A DNA stretch of 64,000 nucleotides from Octopus vulgaris. Lineage: Eukaryota. The notes under the pieces are model-generated. The model did no database searches. It was not told the origin of the DNA and was given only the letters and a program-made list of their open reading frames with translations. The stretch spans positions 57,536,001-57,600,000 of the forward strand of contig OX597822.1 in assembly GCA_951406725.2 (NCBI GenBank). Direction: 5' to 3'. Below are positions 11,601 through 25,580 of the stretch, piece by piece; the first letter of the stretch is position 1, and each line of letters begins with the position of its first letter. A program made the position numbers and the translations under genes.

Positions 11601-13559
11601 TGACAATTAGCAGAACATTTCTTTTGTGCACAGGATTTCACAGCCTATAATTACTTGCACATGATACACAAGTCCATGGCTGTGTGGTTAAGAAATTTGT
11701 TTCCCAATCAATTGGTTTCTGGTTCAGTTCCACTGCATGGCACATGCCCTCTGCTATAAGTCCAAGCAAATGAAACCCTTGTCAGTGCATTTAGTGAACA
11801 AACTGAAAGACACCCATCGTGTAATAGTTACAAATGAGTGTCACTCTCATTTATTTCCAATCTTCCATGAAAGTATGACTGATCAAAGGTAAATATTACC
11901 TTGTTTAGAAACAAGGAAGGCTGCAGAAATTCTGCTTCAATGAATTCCATCTGGCCCATGCAAGCATGAAAAAGTGGATATTAAAATGATGAAATACTTT
12001 TAATTCCTGAGCAGATTCAGCTGGCTAATTTAGTACATATAGTTCCATGAGTAATTCTAATTAGTAAGACCTTTGATCTATATTTCTATATTGATGACTT
12101 GTGAGCAAGTGCAGCATTTAGGGTTTTTTAGTCCATAGTGCAGCAAGCACCTTCTCTCAGATGTCTCAAGAGATTCAAGCAAAACTTATCGTCTGACCAT
12201 ATGGAACAAAATCTTTGATGATACATTTTCTAATTGAAGAAAATGAGTTGCACTCTTACCTGTTCATTGTGGTCATGGCAATGATCAAACTGAGTTCAGT
12301 ACCTTTTTTATTTTGCCATTGTAGTTGCACACCAACAATTTCTGTTACATTTTTTTTCCCGATGTCTGTGACTTCTCTTTTTGTTTTTCAGGTTTTCTAT
12401 GAAATACATTACATGATCTCTGTTCTTTGGAGTTGGCTGTTCTCATCTCCCCATTCTACTCATATTTCCATCTCTTGGTAATCCTTAGTGTGTCCAACCA
12501 CCCCTTCTGGAACATTAACACTTTGGAATCTTCTCCCTGCAACAGCTTAAGCAGAACATTGACATCTCACCGGTCACAGAGGCTCTAAACTTTCCTCATG
12601 ACTCAGCCATGGGCAAGTGTCTCCTATTACATCACTGAGCCAACAAATTCCTTGAGTGAATTTGGTAGACAAACTGTGTGGAAGCCTATGATGTGTATAT
12701 ATATATATATATATATGAGTGTGAGAATGTTTGTGCCTTTCTGTTTATGTTCCCCACACCACTGCTTGACCACAGGTGTTAGTTTACATCCCAGTAACTT
12801 AGTGGTTTGGGTGAAAAGAGACCCACAAAATAAGGTGCTGTGGTCAATTTATTTGACTAAACCCCTTTAACGTAGTTTTGTAGCACAGCTGTAATCTAAT
12901 AACTGAAACATTTTTAAAAAACAACAAATTAAAAATTGGTGGCACTTTACCATAACGAGATATTACAATGACAATTTATTTAATTTTTATTGCTATACTT
13001 TGTGAGCGGATGAACTGAAACCAATTAATAAGATGCTTAATGGTGATAAAACCTGTAACACCAAGTCAAACTGACTGAAACTTAATTATCATAACAGAAG
13101 AATGTAAATGCTTTTACAATACCAAACAAACTTGATGAACAAGTTATTAATTATATTTTTGGAATCTTCACATCAACATGTGGTTTTTCATAAGTTACAG
13201 CATAGCTTATAATAGTAAATTCCATCAATATTGTTTTAGCATTCACCTTTGTATGCTTTGAGGAATTGGTTAATGCAAGTTTTCTACTGCTAGAAGTCTC
13301 CTTTCTGATGCCAACATTCACCTTTTTTGAAGCATTAGTAAGAAACTCTCAAGGGAGCTAAACAGCAGGTCTTCAGAGAAGAAACCCCACTCAAGTGTCT
13401 CAGCTCTTAACTTCTTACTCTCTAAGGGGCCAGTCTAGGACATGAATTCTGGCTACCCTTCTGCAGACACTTTTTAGTGACTTGTACATTTAAACTGCTT
13501 GGAGATTTCATCTAATTGTAATTCTTCTCCATTGGCTCAGCTTTCAAACATTTTCAGAT

Positions 13560-13640
13560 ATTCCCCATACTGGATTACATTGGTGAAACAGCCAAAAGCA
13601 TAGAACTTACATGAGAACATTCAACAAATTTGATGATGAA
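13560..13640 (+). mobile_element. Possible Penelope-like GIY-YIG endonuclease remnant
   Basis: Reads DYIGETAKSIELT*EH, resembling YIGETxRxLxxRxxEH. Confidence 0.35.
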
Positions 13641-14744
13641 ACCCAACATGAATTATAGATCTAAACAAACCTGGTTGTGATATATTGTGATTTTATGAAT
13701 CCTTAAAAAGCAGTATTTTATTTATTTTTTTATCGCTTGGTCAGAGGGAACAGCAGTACCCATGTTCTTTTACAGGGCCTCTAATTAGTGGGAAGGAAGC
13801 TTTCCTTAAACTAGAGACAGGGCTCAAATGCTTGTAATGCAGTGAACTCTGCTAAAGATCAGGTGGTGTTTAACTGGATCCTGGATTAGGTTTACTACCC
13901 AAGTACACTGCAGTAAAATTCGAAAAATCATCAGTTTTCTGTTGCTGTGTGTGCTGTGACAAGATTTGTCCAATTCATACTCGCATGGAAAAATTCAATC
14001 AGTGCAGTGAGGATTAAGCAACTTAGATAATATTGAAAGTAACTCATGAAAGACATTTGGTATTCAGAAGACTAATTAAGTTATAGTAATAATGTATGGG
14101 AACAAGTCATCAATTCCTACTAGCCATGTACTTCCACCCTATCAACTCATGATGGTACTTTCTTATATCACACATTGCTTATAAAAGCTTAACCCTCTCA
14201 GACCTGGATCCCTATCTCAGTTTACCCTCCACCTGGGCTCCTGAGCAAGAAAATAAGTAGCTGCATACACAGCTCAATAGTAACAATTGCAGGCAAACTA
14301 ATGGATAGAATCGCAAAATATTTAGAATAAAAATAATAGGCCTATCTCTCAATTACTACTAATGAACAGAATCACAATAGGCCTATCTTTCAACTACTGG
14401 TATTTGTTCACCCGAATTGCTGCTTTCCTCATCACTTTGATTATCTAAATCACTCTCATTGTATGCATATGGTTAAGCTTTTCGTCTGAAGAATAAATAT
14501 CCTCAACTGTAGAGAGTCTAGGTCTTGCTCATTTATCATGACTAAGTGCTGGGTTCATCACATGCTAGTTTCATCCACAAAATAATTTTTCTTTTTCCGA
14601 TTAGAAACAACTGCGGGGGACACCATTTAACAAGTCATAAACACACTTCACTACAAAGCTGCAACATGATCGATTGTCTATTTTTAGTATTTTATTTTTC
14701 TACGTGTTATTCATTACCGCTTTTAAGGGAATCTCGTAGAGATT

Positions 14745-15272
14745 AGGTAGACCCAGGAAAACCTGGGACAAGGTGGTGAAGCACGACCTTCGACCATTAG
14801 GTCTCACCAAAGCAATGACTAGTAACTGAGACCTTTGGAAGTATACTGTGCGTGAGAAGACCCAGCAGGACAAGTGAGGCCATAACCCGTGGCCTCTACC
14901 TGGGATGTAGCCAGCCTACTTAAGCATACCTTTCCTTCTTCAGACACAAAAACTCTGCTTACGAAGACCTGTTGAGGCAAGTGAAATCGCTCAAAAAGCA
15001 ATGGAAATTGAAGTTGTGATACCAGTGCCGGTGGCACGTAAAAGAACCATCCGAACATGGCCATTGCCAGCGCTGCCCTGACTGGCCTCCATGCCGGTGG
15101 CACGTAAAAACCATCCACTACACTCACGGAGTATTTGATGTTAGGAAGGGCATCCAGCTGTAGAAACACTGCCAGATCAGACTGGGCCTGGTGCAGCTTC
15201 CTGGCATCCCAGACCCCAGTCAAACCATCCAACTCATGCTAGCATGGAAAATGGACGTTAAAAGATGATGAT
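14745..15272 (+). mobile_element. RTE-clade LINE 3' end with (GAT)n tail
   Basis: Encodes GRPRKTWDKVVKHDLRPLGLTKAMTS. 3' UTR shared with 38500-39133 (GGAAGGGCATCCAGC...CATGCTAGCATGGAAA...GATGATG). Confidence 0.8.
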
Positions 15273-16149
15273 ATTCCTGCTATACCAGAGACAGCATGAT
15301 AAGTTTAATAATAATAAAGCAGACAGAAAACTAAGTTATATCTTTCTTATTAAGCCCTTCACTCCATCCATCTGGAGGCCAGTGATGACCTTCCTCCACT
15401 GTTTTTGACACTGAATTGCCTCTCCTACTTCTCTCCAGTTGAATCCCTGCTTTTTCACCTCTGCCCCAGAATCCCAGCACATGTTTTCTAGAGGGAAGCC
15501 TTCTCCTAAATATTGTTGCTTTTTGAATAGTGATCAATTTTGTAACATTTTTCTGGGGAGAGGTGTTGGTGCCAGGTGGTCCTTATTAGTCTCGCTTCTA
15601 TCCTTTGATCTGTCCAGCACCGGAGGCTTGACCAAGAAATCAAGCTCTGCTAGTATAGCTTTCAGAGTCATTGAGGCATATAAGCCACCACACCACAATG
15701 ACTACTCTTATGGTGGTATCAGTTTTGAATAAGCATAAAATAAGGTTAGTTGGTCAGATCAGACATGAAATGATTAACATGCTCAACCATCTGATATAGA
15801 TTATTTTCCCAATGGCAAATGACAGTAGAGCCCCATATATTAAGTTGCACAAAGTAGGAGTCCAAGTTTATTACATCAGCTTATCTATCTAGTTTTATCT
15901 TTGCTAGCTTGTGTTAATCCTTTAGTATTCAAATTTGTTTGTCTAATGTAATGCATATTTATTCACATGGTTTAGAATCATGCATTATCTTGTAGCTTCA
16001 AGATTTCTATGATGTGATTGTTTATTTTTGGAATGACATTCTAGAGTAGGAATAAAAGGTCAGATATGGATGGCTTAAATGCGAAAGAGTTAAAACAGAA
16101 CATAGCAGAAACAGTCAGAGTTATAGCTATATACCATTGGTAACAAATT

Positions 16150-16301
16150 GTAGGAGTGGCTGTGTAGTAAGTAGCTTGCTTACCAACCACATGGTTTCGT
16201 GTTCAGTCCCACTGCGCAGTGCCTTGGGAACAACTATAGCCTCAGGCCGACCAAAGCCTTGAGTGGATTTGGTAGATGGAAACTGAAAGAAGCCCATTGT
16301 G

Positions 16302-16344
<43 letters not shown>

Positions 16345-16534
16345 ATCTTTGTGTCTGTCCCTCCAACATCACTTGTCAACCAATACTGGTGTGTTTACAC
16401 CCCTGTAACATAGCGGTTCAGCAAAAGAGCCCGATAGAATAAGTGCTAGGCTTACAAAGAATAAGTCCTGGGGGTCAACTAAAGGCAGTGCTCCAGCATG
16501 GCCACAGTCAAATGACTGAAACAAGTAAAAGAGA
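16150..16534 (+). mobile_element. tRNA-derived SINE with internal (TA)n(TG)n
   Basis: A-box-like TGGCTGTGTAGTAAG and B-box-like GTTCAGTCCC. The same family occurs at about 11675, 39415, 42535-42914(-), 43789-44161(-), 44187-44523, 62460-62600(-) and 63290-63430(-). Confidence 0.8.
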
Positions 16535-16883
16535 AATTTTGAAAAGCAGTTTTCCTTAGAACAACTAAAAGTCTTTGGGTGCTACCTGAAACAGACTTTT
16601 CTTCATGACAAAGTAATTTTATCCTCCTTGTGAACTATTTCTTTGTTTCATTATTATCTGCCAATGTAGACAATAACTAGTTTCTATAATTTTTACAAAT
16701 CTTAACTGATCTCACTAGAGATCAGCTTAAGAATATTTTCAAGGTAAAAAATAAAATTATAATAAATAACACACACAAGAAGAAAAAAACAACACGCACA
16801 AAACAAAGAAAAAAACCAAATAAAATAAAATAAGCAAAAACAGATTCAAAATAGTTAATGACCTGCAAAATACATTTTTTATC

Positions 16884-16889
16884 TTTATT
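16884..16889 (-). terminator. Candidate PPM1G polyadenylation signal
   Basis: TTTATT on + (AATAAA on -), ~1.05 kb past the stop. On the minus strand it is followed by a long U/GU-rich tract (16745-16840). Confidence 0.55.
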
Positions 16890-17161
16890 ATAATGTTCCC
16901 CCACCCAATATCTTTGATACAAAAAAATATTCTTCAGGTCATAACAGCTACAACCCGATACATAAATGTATTAACTACAAACAGAAGTTCTAAATGAAGC
17001 TGAAAAGAGTTAACGATTGCAAGAAGCAGGACATGCTAGAAGAGTAAACAGCATTTAGAGCTGTTCATACTATAAAAATGATTGGACTGTTCATTACAGC
17101 AAATGGCAGACATCTACATAGCCTGGCTGGTCTTCTACCCAGTCGAATGATTTCCACATGC

Positions 17162-17164
<3 letters not shown>

Positions 17165-17200
<36 letters not shown>

Positions 17201-17270
17201 CATATATATATATATATATATACACATACATATACATATATATATATATCTTCATACACACACATACATG
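17165..17270. repeat. (TA)n/(TACA)n microsatellite in the PPM1G 3' UTR
   Basis: Seen directly. Other large microsatellites at 27161-27192 (TG), 40826-40965 (TG/TA/CA) and 60857-60981 (TA). Confidence 0.9.
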
Positions 17271-17930
17271 AGAGTCTAAGGATTATCACTCTATAATGAG
17301 TGTCTATATGTTGTATGATATAATTATTAATAATGATGCATTAATGAAAAATTCATATCCAACTCTAATAGTTGACTTGTGGAAAGAATTTTCAATTATT
17401 TCCAAGCACTTTGCTAATGTTAAATGATTGCAAAGCTAAGGTGATTGTGTGTATTATATATACACACACCCATACATATATGTGTGTGTGTGTGTATATA
17501 TATATATTCATTAGATGACAAAAGAAATGCAGAATTTAATCTAGAAACATTTTTTTTTTTTATCCATTGGCTTTTATTAATAATGAATAACTCAGCCATA
17601 AATAGGAAGAAAATGGCAATAATAATAATCAATTATAGTAAATAAAACTTTCCATGTGGTAACTTAGAACCAGAGAAAGCAAATAAAAACATTAAGGTTA
17701 AATAAAAAAATAAATTTCAGTTTTTTTTAATCTAAAAGAAAATAAATAAAATAATTCTTTTAATAGTTAAGAAATTCCAAATTGGTGATATTTCCAATAT
17801 TTTGCCAACTATCAGAGTGAATGTAATGATTCTTTCAAATTGTGCAAATAATTCTATGAATGACGAAGCTTACATCCATTAATGTAAGCCATGGTCTCGA
17901 GGGAGGGAGGGAAAAGATTTCAAATAAAAA

Positions 17931-18167
17931 TTAATTATCATCATCTTCAGTCTTTGATCGTTTTGATGATGGCTGAGAATCTACATCTTCAGACGGTGTC
18001 GCCTCCACTTTGTTGCTGTTTCGTGTATCTGGAGAATTTTCTTTCTGTTCTGAGGTTCGTTTTTTACCACCAATATTTCTCTTTTTGAAGTCAACAATAA
18101 GACAGGTCATGTTGTCACAGCCAGTGCCATCACCCATTGTGTTTGGAGCTAGGCAATAATCAAATAT
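17931..18167 (-). CDS. PPM1G: Protein phosphatase 1G (PP2C-gamma) exon 10, last
   Basis: Acceptor tttgtag; [27 protein letters not shown]...[10 protein letters not shown]. Contains the PP2C motif GCDNMT and a basic NLS-like tail. Confidence 0.96.
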   Translation of the reverse strand: MFDYCLAPNTMGDGTGCDNMTCLIVDFKKRNIGGKKRTSEQKENSPDTRNSNKVEATPSEDVDSQPSSKRSKTEDDDN

Positions 18168-18754
18168 CTACAAAATACAAACAACAAATCTCAGATTAAG
18201 TTCAAGATTAATTCAGTCAAGATTTAGAGAAACAAATATAAAGCAAAAATTGATGGCTGAGAAAAAAACCAAAAACAAATGCTCAATACATAAAAAAATC
18301 CATTCCTCTTGTTAGGAACATATTCTCCCAAACTTAGTTCTGTACTCTCCTTATGAAGAGAAAAGAAATTAGTAGAAAGATTAATATAGTTTCACTTTTC
18401 ACATCAAGCAATCTGTAAGTGGTCGTTTAACTTGCTAGAAATAGCAACCAAGTGTCCCTCGTTATACAACCTACTGTCTTAAAAAAAGGATATAATGTAA
18501 ATCTAAATTAAACAGCTTGAAGAAAAAAAATGATGGCTGCAACTGGAGTACTTTGGATTAAAAGTCAGCTTGACTTTTAATCAAAGGTACAGTAATCACA
18601 TCTCACTGACCAATATGACTGACAAAAAAACTTAAGCACCCATTCCATTATATAAAAATTACTTATCAATGAGAAAGATGGGAAAATCAATGTTTACAAC
18701 TAATAGCAGAACTGATTGGTGAGAAAGGCTGAAAGTAACTGACTGTTAATTTAC

Positions 18755-18848
18755 CTCTTCACAAATTGCCGATAAATTTGGTTTTCTATTAGGATCTTCA
18801 AGTCGTTCCTTAACAAAATCAACCACTTCTTGACTAGACATAAAATTC
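18755..18848 (-). CDS. PPM1G: PPM1G exon 9
   Basis: (W)NFMSSQEVVDFVKERLEDPNRKPNLSAICEE. AG/GT boundaries, 94 nt, phase 2 to 0. Confidence 0.95.
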
Positions 18849-19432
18849 CTGTAAGAAGAATTAAAACATGCATAATTAAATATCAAATTCTGACAAGTTA
18901 GAAAGAATGGGTAGGTATTTTTGTTAGCAAGTAGTATTTTAGTTTCTTCAAGGAGTAGTAATCTTGCTCATTGCAAGTACTCAACTCAGCTGATTCCAGC
19001 TGACAGCATCTAGTAAAGATTCTGCATCCAGGGTTAGTTACAGAGTAGATCTCTTTGTAAGCAAGAAAGTAAATGTGACATCAATGATTGATGACAGACT
19101 GACATCCAGTAGTGTCATTAAAGATCTCAAAACAACTGGTAGAGGTGGTGTTCCTTGATAGAGTGAGGCTTTAGTAATATAAATTTTGTGGTCTACCATG
19201 AGTTAGTTGAGGAGCAATGCCACTCTAGCTTATATGCCAATACACCACCTAAACCTTGAGTACTTCAACAAATTCACTGCTGCAAGCATTTGGAGCAGGA
19301 CTCTGGTCCTAGGATAATTTCTTGCTAGTAGTATCAGTACTCTGAAAAAGTGGTATAGGTGCTAACCGTACCCTGATTAAATGAAAAAAAATCTTGTTAA
19401 GGAAGTGAAGAAAGCAAAGTCAGTGTATTTAC

Positions 19433-19562
19433 CATATTCCATCACATGCAAGAACAAGAAACTCATCATCTTCACTTAAAGTCCAACTTTGGAGATCTGG
19501 CAGTGCTGTTATCATTTGTTGCTCAGGTGGTAATTCAGTAAATTGTTTATAGGAATGGTCCC
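19433..19562 (-). CDS. PPM1G: PPM1G exon 8
   Basis: (G)[42 protein letters not shown](W), with the catalytic ACDGIW motif. 130 nt, phase 1 to 2. Confidence 0.96.
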
Positions 19563-21055
19563 CTACAAAGCAAAAAACAAAACAAGGTTATTTTAATCAG
19601 ATATGTCCAAGAATGAAAGCAATCTCAGTAGGTAATAGATAGTCACTCAATGGAGATGGTCACTACTTTATAGAAAATTGAAAGGTTCAGCAGTTTCACA
19701 AACTCATATACAACCAAACATGTCCATAATTTATGTGTATGTATAATATATATATCAGCATATATAAATACATAGTAGATGGGGTGTTGCACTCACAACT
19801 GTGATATCATGGTTTCAATTCCCAGACCGGGTGGTGCATTGAATTCTTGAGCAATCACTTCACCTGATATGTGATACACCGTGCACCGGCCCAGGCAATG
19901 TCAATTTGATGGGGGGTGAGTTAATGTGCAGCACATACATTTGATTACTATAAACAAATCATTTGTGCATATTGTTCGGCAAAAGTTGAACAATCACATG
20001 TTGTCTTCAATGGGAGAGTCCACCACACACACACATATATATATCAACTGTCTACCAACAGACTAGTACCAGGGCCACAGTACACACATCACAGCTCTAA
20101 TTGAGGACCCTACTGCACATTCTAAAAGACTGTGCTTAATTGTATAGGGTACACTGTGACAGCCTGAGTATGTATGTTACAGATGAATATACAGCAAAGT
20201 GCAAATTCAATTATTATTTGGCTGTCAATTACTTCCCTTGAAAATTAGAAACTATAATTTGATTTTGAATAGTGATCCTCAGCTGTTTCTCAACCTGAGT
20301 TGTATACATACTAAGAATTACTCAGAGATGCCATTCACTTGAACAACAAGTTAAGTTAGTGTTAACAATGATTAATTTACACCATAAGTGAATGCAACTA
20401 AATATTGCTTTACTGAGAATCGGTGATTAATTATAATAACATTGATTTATAAAATTGGTCAGAAGACAGAGCAGTGACTATAGCCTTGAAAAATTTCCCA
20501 AGTTAGTCAGAGTGAAGCAGTTCATGTGCAACTCAAATATTTTCAAGGCAGGAAGTGAATGAAGAATCTAGTCTGAATGCTTGTAACAGTAAATTCTACT
20601 AAATAGCAACTCTAAAAATCAGGAAGGGTTCAAAAGCAAGCTTAAATACAAAGAAAATGTGAAGTTGTGGCATTCACTTCTTTTCTAAAAGCATCAATCA
20701 GCTGAGTAAGTGGTATCAATAGAAGCAGATTAACAAGCTTACTGTTTGTATGGAATCTGCAATATTTGCACAATTCATAATAACAATAATGTATAGAATG
20801 TCAATTACGTGTAAAGTTTATTTTTTCACATTGATCAGCACATTGTTCAGTATGAATGCAGTAGAAAGGAAACCACATAACCACATCATGTACCTAACTA
20901 CATGTGCTAGCCATGATTCCCATTAGCCTACATATTTTATAAATATTGTACAACCTTACCTGTAGGACTACAAGACCTAAAATAAAAATAGTTGAAATTT
21001 TACAGAAAGAATGAAAATCAGGAGAGAAGATGGGAATTGTCAAAATGAAAATTAC

Positions 21056-21290
21056 CAATTGCTCTTGACAGATTAAGTCCTCCATTGACACGTCCATCAC
21101 TTGTAACTTTACCACCAGCTGCCTCAATACGAGACTTCTCAGCCTCGTCTTCAGGTTTATGGTCAATTGAGAGATCATTAGCTTTGCCGTTGCTACATAA
21201 GACACAGCGTGAGTCGCCAGCATTAGCTACAACCAGCCGTTGTCCTTTTAACAGAGCAACAACGGCAGTACAACCACTGTCCATTCCAGG
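21056..21290 (-). CDS. PPM1G: PPM1G exon 7
   Basis: [14 protein letters not shown]...[11 protein letters not shown]...[10 protein letters not shown]...[13 protein letters not shown](G). 235 nt, phase 0 to 1. Confidence 0.97.
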
Positions 21291-21359
21291 CTAAAAATAA
21301 AAGTAAAAAGCTTTTAATTAGAAGAAACAAAAAATTTCTTAACTAAACCATAATGAAAG

Positions 21360-21530
21360 ATGCTGAAAAGTTCCTGGATTTGGTTAAAAGAACATACAGG
21401 AGGATCAATTAATCATGATTTTATTGAAAATATTTCCCTCTCAGATTCACACACTTAGTGCAGTGGTCCTTCAGTTTTTCTAAGCCCTGTGAAAGAACTC
21501 AGAAAGTTGGGCCTCCAACCAGACCTTTCA
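21360..21530 (-). mobile_element. Mariner-like 3'-terminal remnant
   Basis: TIR-like TGCTGAAAAGTTCCTGG. The minus strand reads KCVNLRGKYFQ*, resembling a mariner transposase C-terminus. Confidence 0.45.
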
Positions 21531-21614
21531 TAACCCTTTTGTTACCAAATTTATTTTGAGATGCTCTGTGTTTCTTTTAATTAATTTTAAATATAACAAA
21601 GAATTTCGTAAAAT

Positions 21615-21815
21615 TGATTGAATAGGCCTTTCATCAAAGACCTATTCATGATTATTTCATCTTATGTGGCCAAACTGCTAAAACTGACAGCTAAATATTC
21701 CTCAGATCATTACACCTTCTGACACAAGGAAGCGTATACTGGACAAGAAACTTTGATGTCCCACAAAAGATGAAATAATCATGAATGGGTCTTTGATGAA
21801 AGGCCTATTCAATCA
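21615..21815. repeat. Inverted repeat, 55-bp arms with 91-nt spacer
   Basis: 21615-21669 is the reverse complement of 21761-21815 with 2 mismatches. Confidence 0.92.
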
Positions 21816-22178
21816 GGCCTAACCTAGCACTAAACAAAAGAAGCCAACCTTATTTAACACGTTCTAGGCCAAATCTACCATATTAAAAAGGAGGACATCT
21901 TATATAATTTGTGATGTCTGAAGGAAAAAAGATGAATCGGTCACATTTGGAATGCCTTTTATAACAAATCTAGTCAATCAGGGTTGACTTACAACTAGAT
22001 AATAAGAACTAACCATAACTTAATAATGTTGGTTAAATACTGATCAATATATGGTGGATTGCAAAACCAATACAGAAATTGTTTTTTTCTCAAAAAACCA
22101 TTGTTGTGAAAGTTTAATGGGGAAAAAAAATTAACACAAACAAAACAGAATGGAGAAAATAGGCCTAGGTATACATAC

Positions 22179-22278
22179 CTCTTCACTGTCTTTCATTAAA
22201 TTCTGGTTATCATAATCATCTTCCTCATCATCATCTCCTTCATCTTCTTCATCTAGGCCATTGTCATCACTGCTGTCG
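22179..22278 (-). CDS. PPM1G: PPM1G exon 6 (acidic region)
   Basis: (G)DSSDDNGLDEEDEGDDDEEDDYDNQNLMKDSEE. ttcag acceptor, GTATGT donor, 100 nt, phase 2 to 0. Confidence 0.9.
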
Positions 22279-24002
22279 CTGAACAGAAAACACATTAAGA
22301 TAAAGAACAATGATAAACTGTTTGTAAGTTAACAAAAGGAGAAACAATACGTATGGCTGCTACACAGCCTCTCAAACTGGTAAGATTAATGCAGTCAATT
22401 ACAGACAAATTGGTAAACTTGTTAGAGCACCAGGTAAAATGCAGTGGTATTCGGTCCAGTTCTCTGCATTCCAAGTTTGAATCTTGCAGGGGGTCAATGC
22501 TACCTCTCATCCTTTGAAGGTCAATAAAAAAATACCAATTCAGGATCATCATCATTTAACATCAGTTTTCCTTATCGGCATGGGTTGGACAGCTAAACAG
22601 GAAATGGCATGGCCAGGGACTGCACCGTGCTCCATAGTCCGTTTTGGCATGGTTTTATAGCTGGATGTCCTTCCTAATGCTAACCACTTTATAGAGTGGA
22701 CTGGGTACTTTTTATGTGGCACCATCACCACTGCTTTTTGCATGACACCAACACCAGTGCATTTTATGTGGAACCAGCACCAATGCTTTTTGCATGACAC
22801 CTTGGTTTTAGGATATCAACACTGTTGTGGTGGGTGGGATTGACAAAAATGTAAGACCATTGGACCAGCTGTCTTTCAATAATTGTTCCTATTTTTTTGC
22901 AAGAAGGACTCAAATCCCAGCATGGCCCACCTGGTAGGAGACAACCTGTGACACAGTTTAATCCTTTTGTTACCAAATTTCTGTTAAAACATTGCTTTTG
23001 CTACAATTAATCTTCGAAATAATGAGAATTTACTAAACAGCTATCATTATTATTAAGCCAGTGTTTAGAACATAAATTAACATGAAAATTTTAGGGAAGG
23101 TTTTAAAATAGATCACTTTAAAATATAGAGAATGTATCATATAACTAGAGGTGGTCTCAAGCAGGTTGGTATCATAACAGTTATCACCACCATTTGACAC
23201 CTTAGAAGCCTTTAGCAGAGTCTTCTCTGTTGCAAGTATCAAGTATTCAGGCTAGGTCATTGATTTGAAGAAACTTTCCCTTCCACTAGAATTGGGAGTC
23301 CTATAAAGAATCATGGGTACTACACCCTCTCCTGGCTAAAAGAAAAAGAGTTTCTATTTAGTCTGAACATTCTGAAGGTTGTCATGTTTAAAATAAACTA
23401 AGATGAGGTGCAGTCTTACAAGAAAGATTCAATGAAATGTTAAGTGAAGAATCTAGAGTGATAGGAGAGATGTGTGTTGGATAGAGATGCTATGCTACAA
23501 GCTATACCAGAAGAGAAATGTAGTTGTAGTGATGCAAGAGGTACAAAGAGGAAAACCACATCAATGAACTAGAAACTGTAAAGTTTTAGTAATGAGTGAG
23601 TCAATCCAATGAGTCTTCTTATGAAGATAGTCCAGGATGTTTGTATGTGCAGCAGGAGATGAAGTATTTTTCTGTATTTTCTAGTTCCAAAGAATAATTC
23701 TAAACTTTAACAGTTTTGGCACTGCTATGTAAGATTGCCTTGAGAGATCATCAGAGATTGCAAGGTCAAGCTATTATGGTGACTTCCAATTGTTTGTTGT
23801 CCATGAGATAGCATCATGTGCAAACTAAAAGATGTCTTTACACAAGGTAGATCTGAGAAGAGGTATTTATGTTGTGGTGATTTCACTTGCATCATAAGAT
23901 GTTTTGCTTGACACACTGGCATAGAGATTAAGAAAGGTCAACTCAAGCAAAGAAAAAAATTTGTTAGGAAATTCAGAATTCAAAAATTAAATTTCTCCTT
24001 AC

Positions 24003-24166
24003 CCTTCATATTCTTCATCAGACTCATCTAATTCACTATCTTCCTCATCGTCCTCTTCTTCATCTTCATCATCATCATCCTCAATTTTTCCTTCCATATC
24101 ACCTTCCTCACCTGTATAGAGAGACTTTTTTTTCGGAGAACATCCAGAGCTGCCTGGCTGGGGTTC
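24003..24166 (-). CDS. PPM1G: PPM1G exon 5 (acidic region)
   Basis: EPQPGSSGCSPKKKSLYTGEEGDMEGKIEDDDDEDEEEDDEEDSELDESDEEYE(G). 164 nt, phase 0 to 2, GTAAGG donor. Confidence 0.9.
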
Positions 24167-24599
24167 CTGAAATGGTAAAAGTTGAGAAATTAGAATAAAG
24201 CTTTAACCATGAAGAATGAAGTGTCTTATTAACATCTAACATCAAAAGCATGTTAAACTAGCTGCTCACTGAGACCACTTCATATAAGCATCCAGTAATA
24301 TATTTTTAGGATAGAAAATTGAGTTAGAAAGAGGGAATTTATGGCATTCATGACATTACCTCAGGGGCAATAGCAACATATAAGGAAATTGGTAACTGAA
24401 ACCAAGGGACCAAAATGTCCCAAAACTCCTACTCAAAACTAAATAATAGCACAGTTGAACAAGGTAAACTGGAGGTTCTAAAAAATAGAGTATTGGCAAT
24501 AAAGAGGAAACAATAATAGATGGGAAAACGATATCCTACAGAAAGTAGGATATCATTACAAAAGATTGCCAAAGATGCGGGAGTAGTCAACAAACTCCA

Positions 24600-25050
24600 A
24601 TCAATATGGCAATTGAAGAGGTTCACATCACAAACCAAATTAAGGTAATTCTGGTCAACAATCTCTATTGCTGACACATGGAAAAGTACCACCTGAATTG
24701 TAAAATACATTGATACTTTCCAAAGATGCCTCCAAAAAGTCCTGGGCAATAGATGGCAAGACAAGATCACAAAGGAGATGCTTCAAAGGGCAAAATGCCT
24801 GAGTTTTGTCATGAAGGGTAGGGCATGGTGGTAGATCATGTCTTACAAATTGAAGATAATATCTCAGCAAGAACTGCAAAGAGATAGTTACCAGCAGGTA
24901 GGAAGAGACCAAAGAGTAGGCTAAAGAAAACCTGAAGATACACCTTAAAAGGTAACCTGCACACCGTGGCACAAACTGGTTTCAAGTTCCAGCTCATACC
25001 AAAGACAGAGGCAGAAGGAAGAACATAATGGCTGTTAGGCTGAAGGAACC
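24600..25050 (+). mobile_element. Decayed RTE-like LINE C-terminal fragment
   Basis: Reads FQRCLQKVLGNRWQDKITKEMLQRAK...KRPKSRLKKT, broken by frameshifts. Confidence 0.55.
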
Positions 25051-25580
25051 AGAGGGTAGAATGTCCCAATCTGTAATGGAAATGTTTAGTTTAATTTAAA
25101 CTTTCTCCAGTACAAAGATGCTATTTATCTATTTGCCCTAGAAGAATGGAAGGCAAATTTGACTCTGCTAGAAGGATAAAATTCAACAACTATTTATTGC
25201 GCACTAACAATAATTTCTCTCCCTCTTTCATCATCTATTGTTTAGGAAAATAATTTTAACTTGTTTAAGGGTTTTACTGGATAAATTGCAAAAATAATTA
25301 ACAGTTCAAATACTAAGAAATAAGCATACTCAATTTGATTTATACCAAATAATATAGGAAAATGAATCGGTTATTTCCCTTGGCTATATATAAGGATCCA
25401 TTCCAGGGGCCCTATTATAGATTTTTTCAAATATCTGAGTATGCCATGAGGTTTCCAGACATGAGTTCTACTCACGTATCAAGTTTCATCAAAATCGATA
25501 AAACGATGTAGGATGAATTAGCTAACTCCACAAACACACCCAGACATAATTTCCTACATATGTAGTAGATATATATATAT

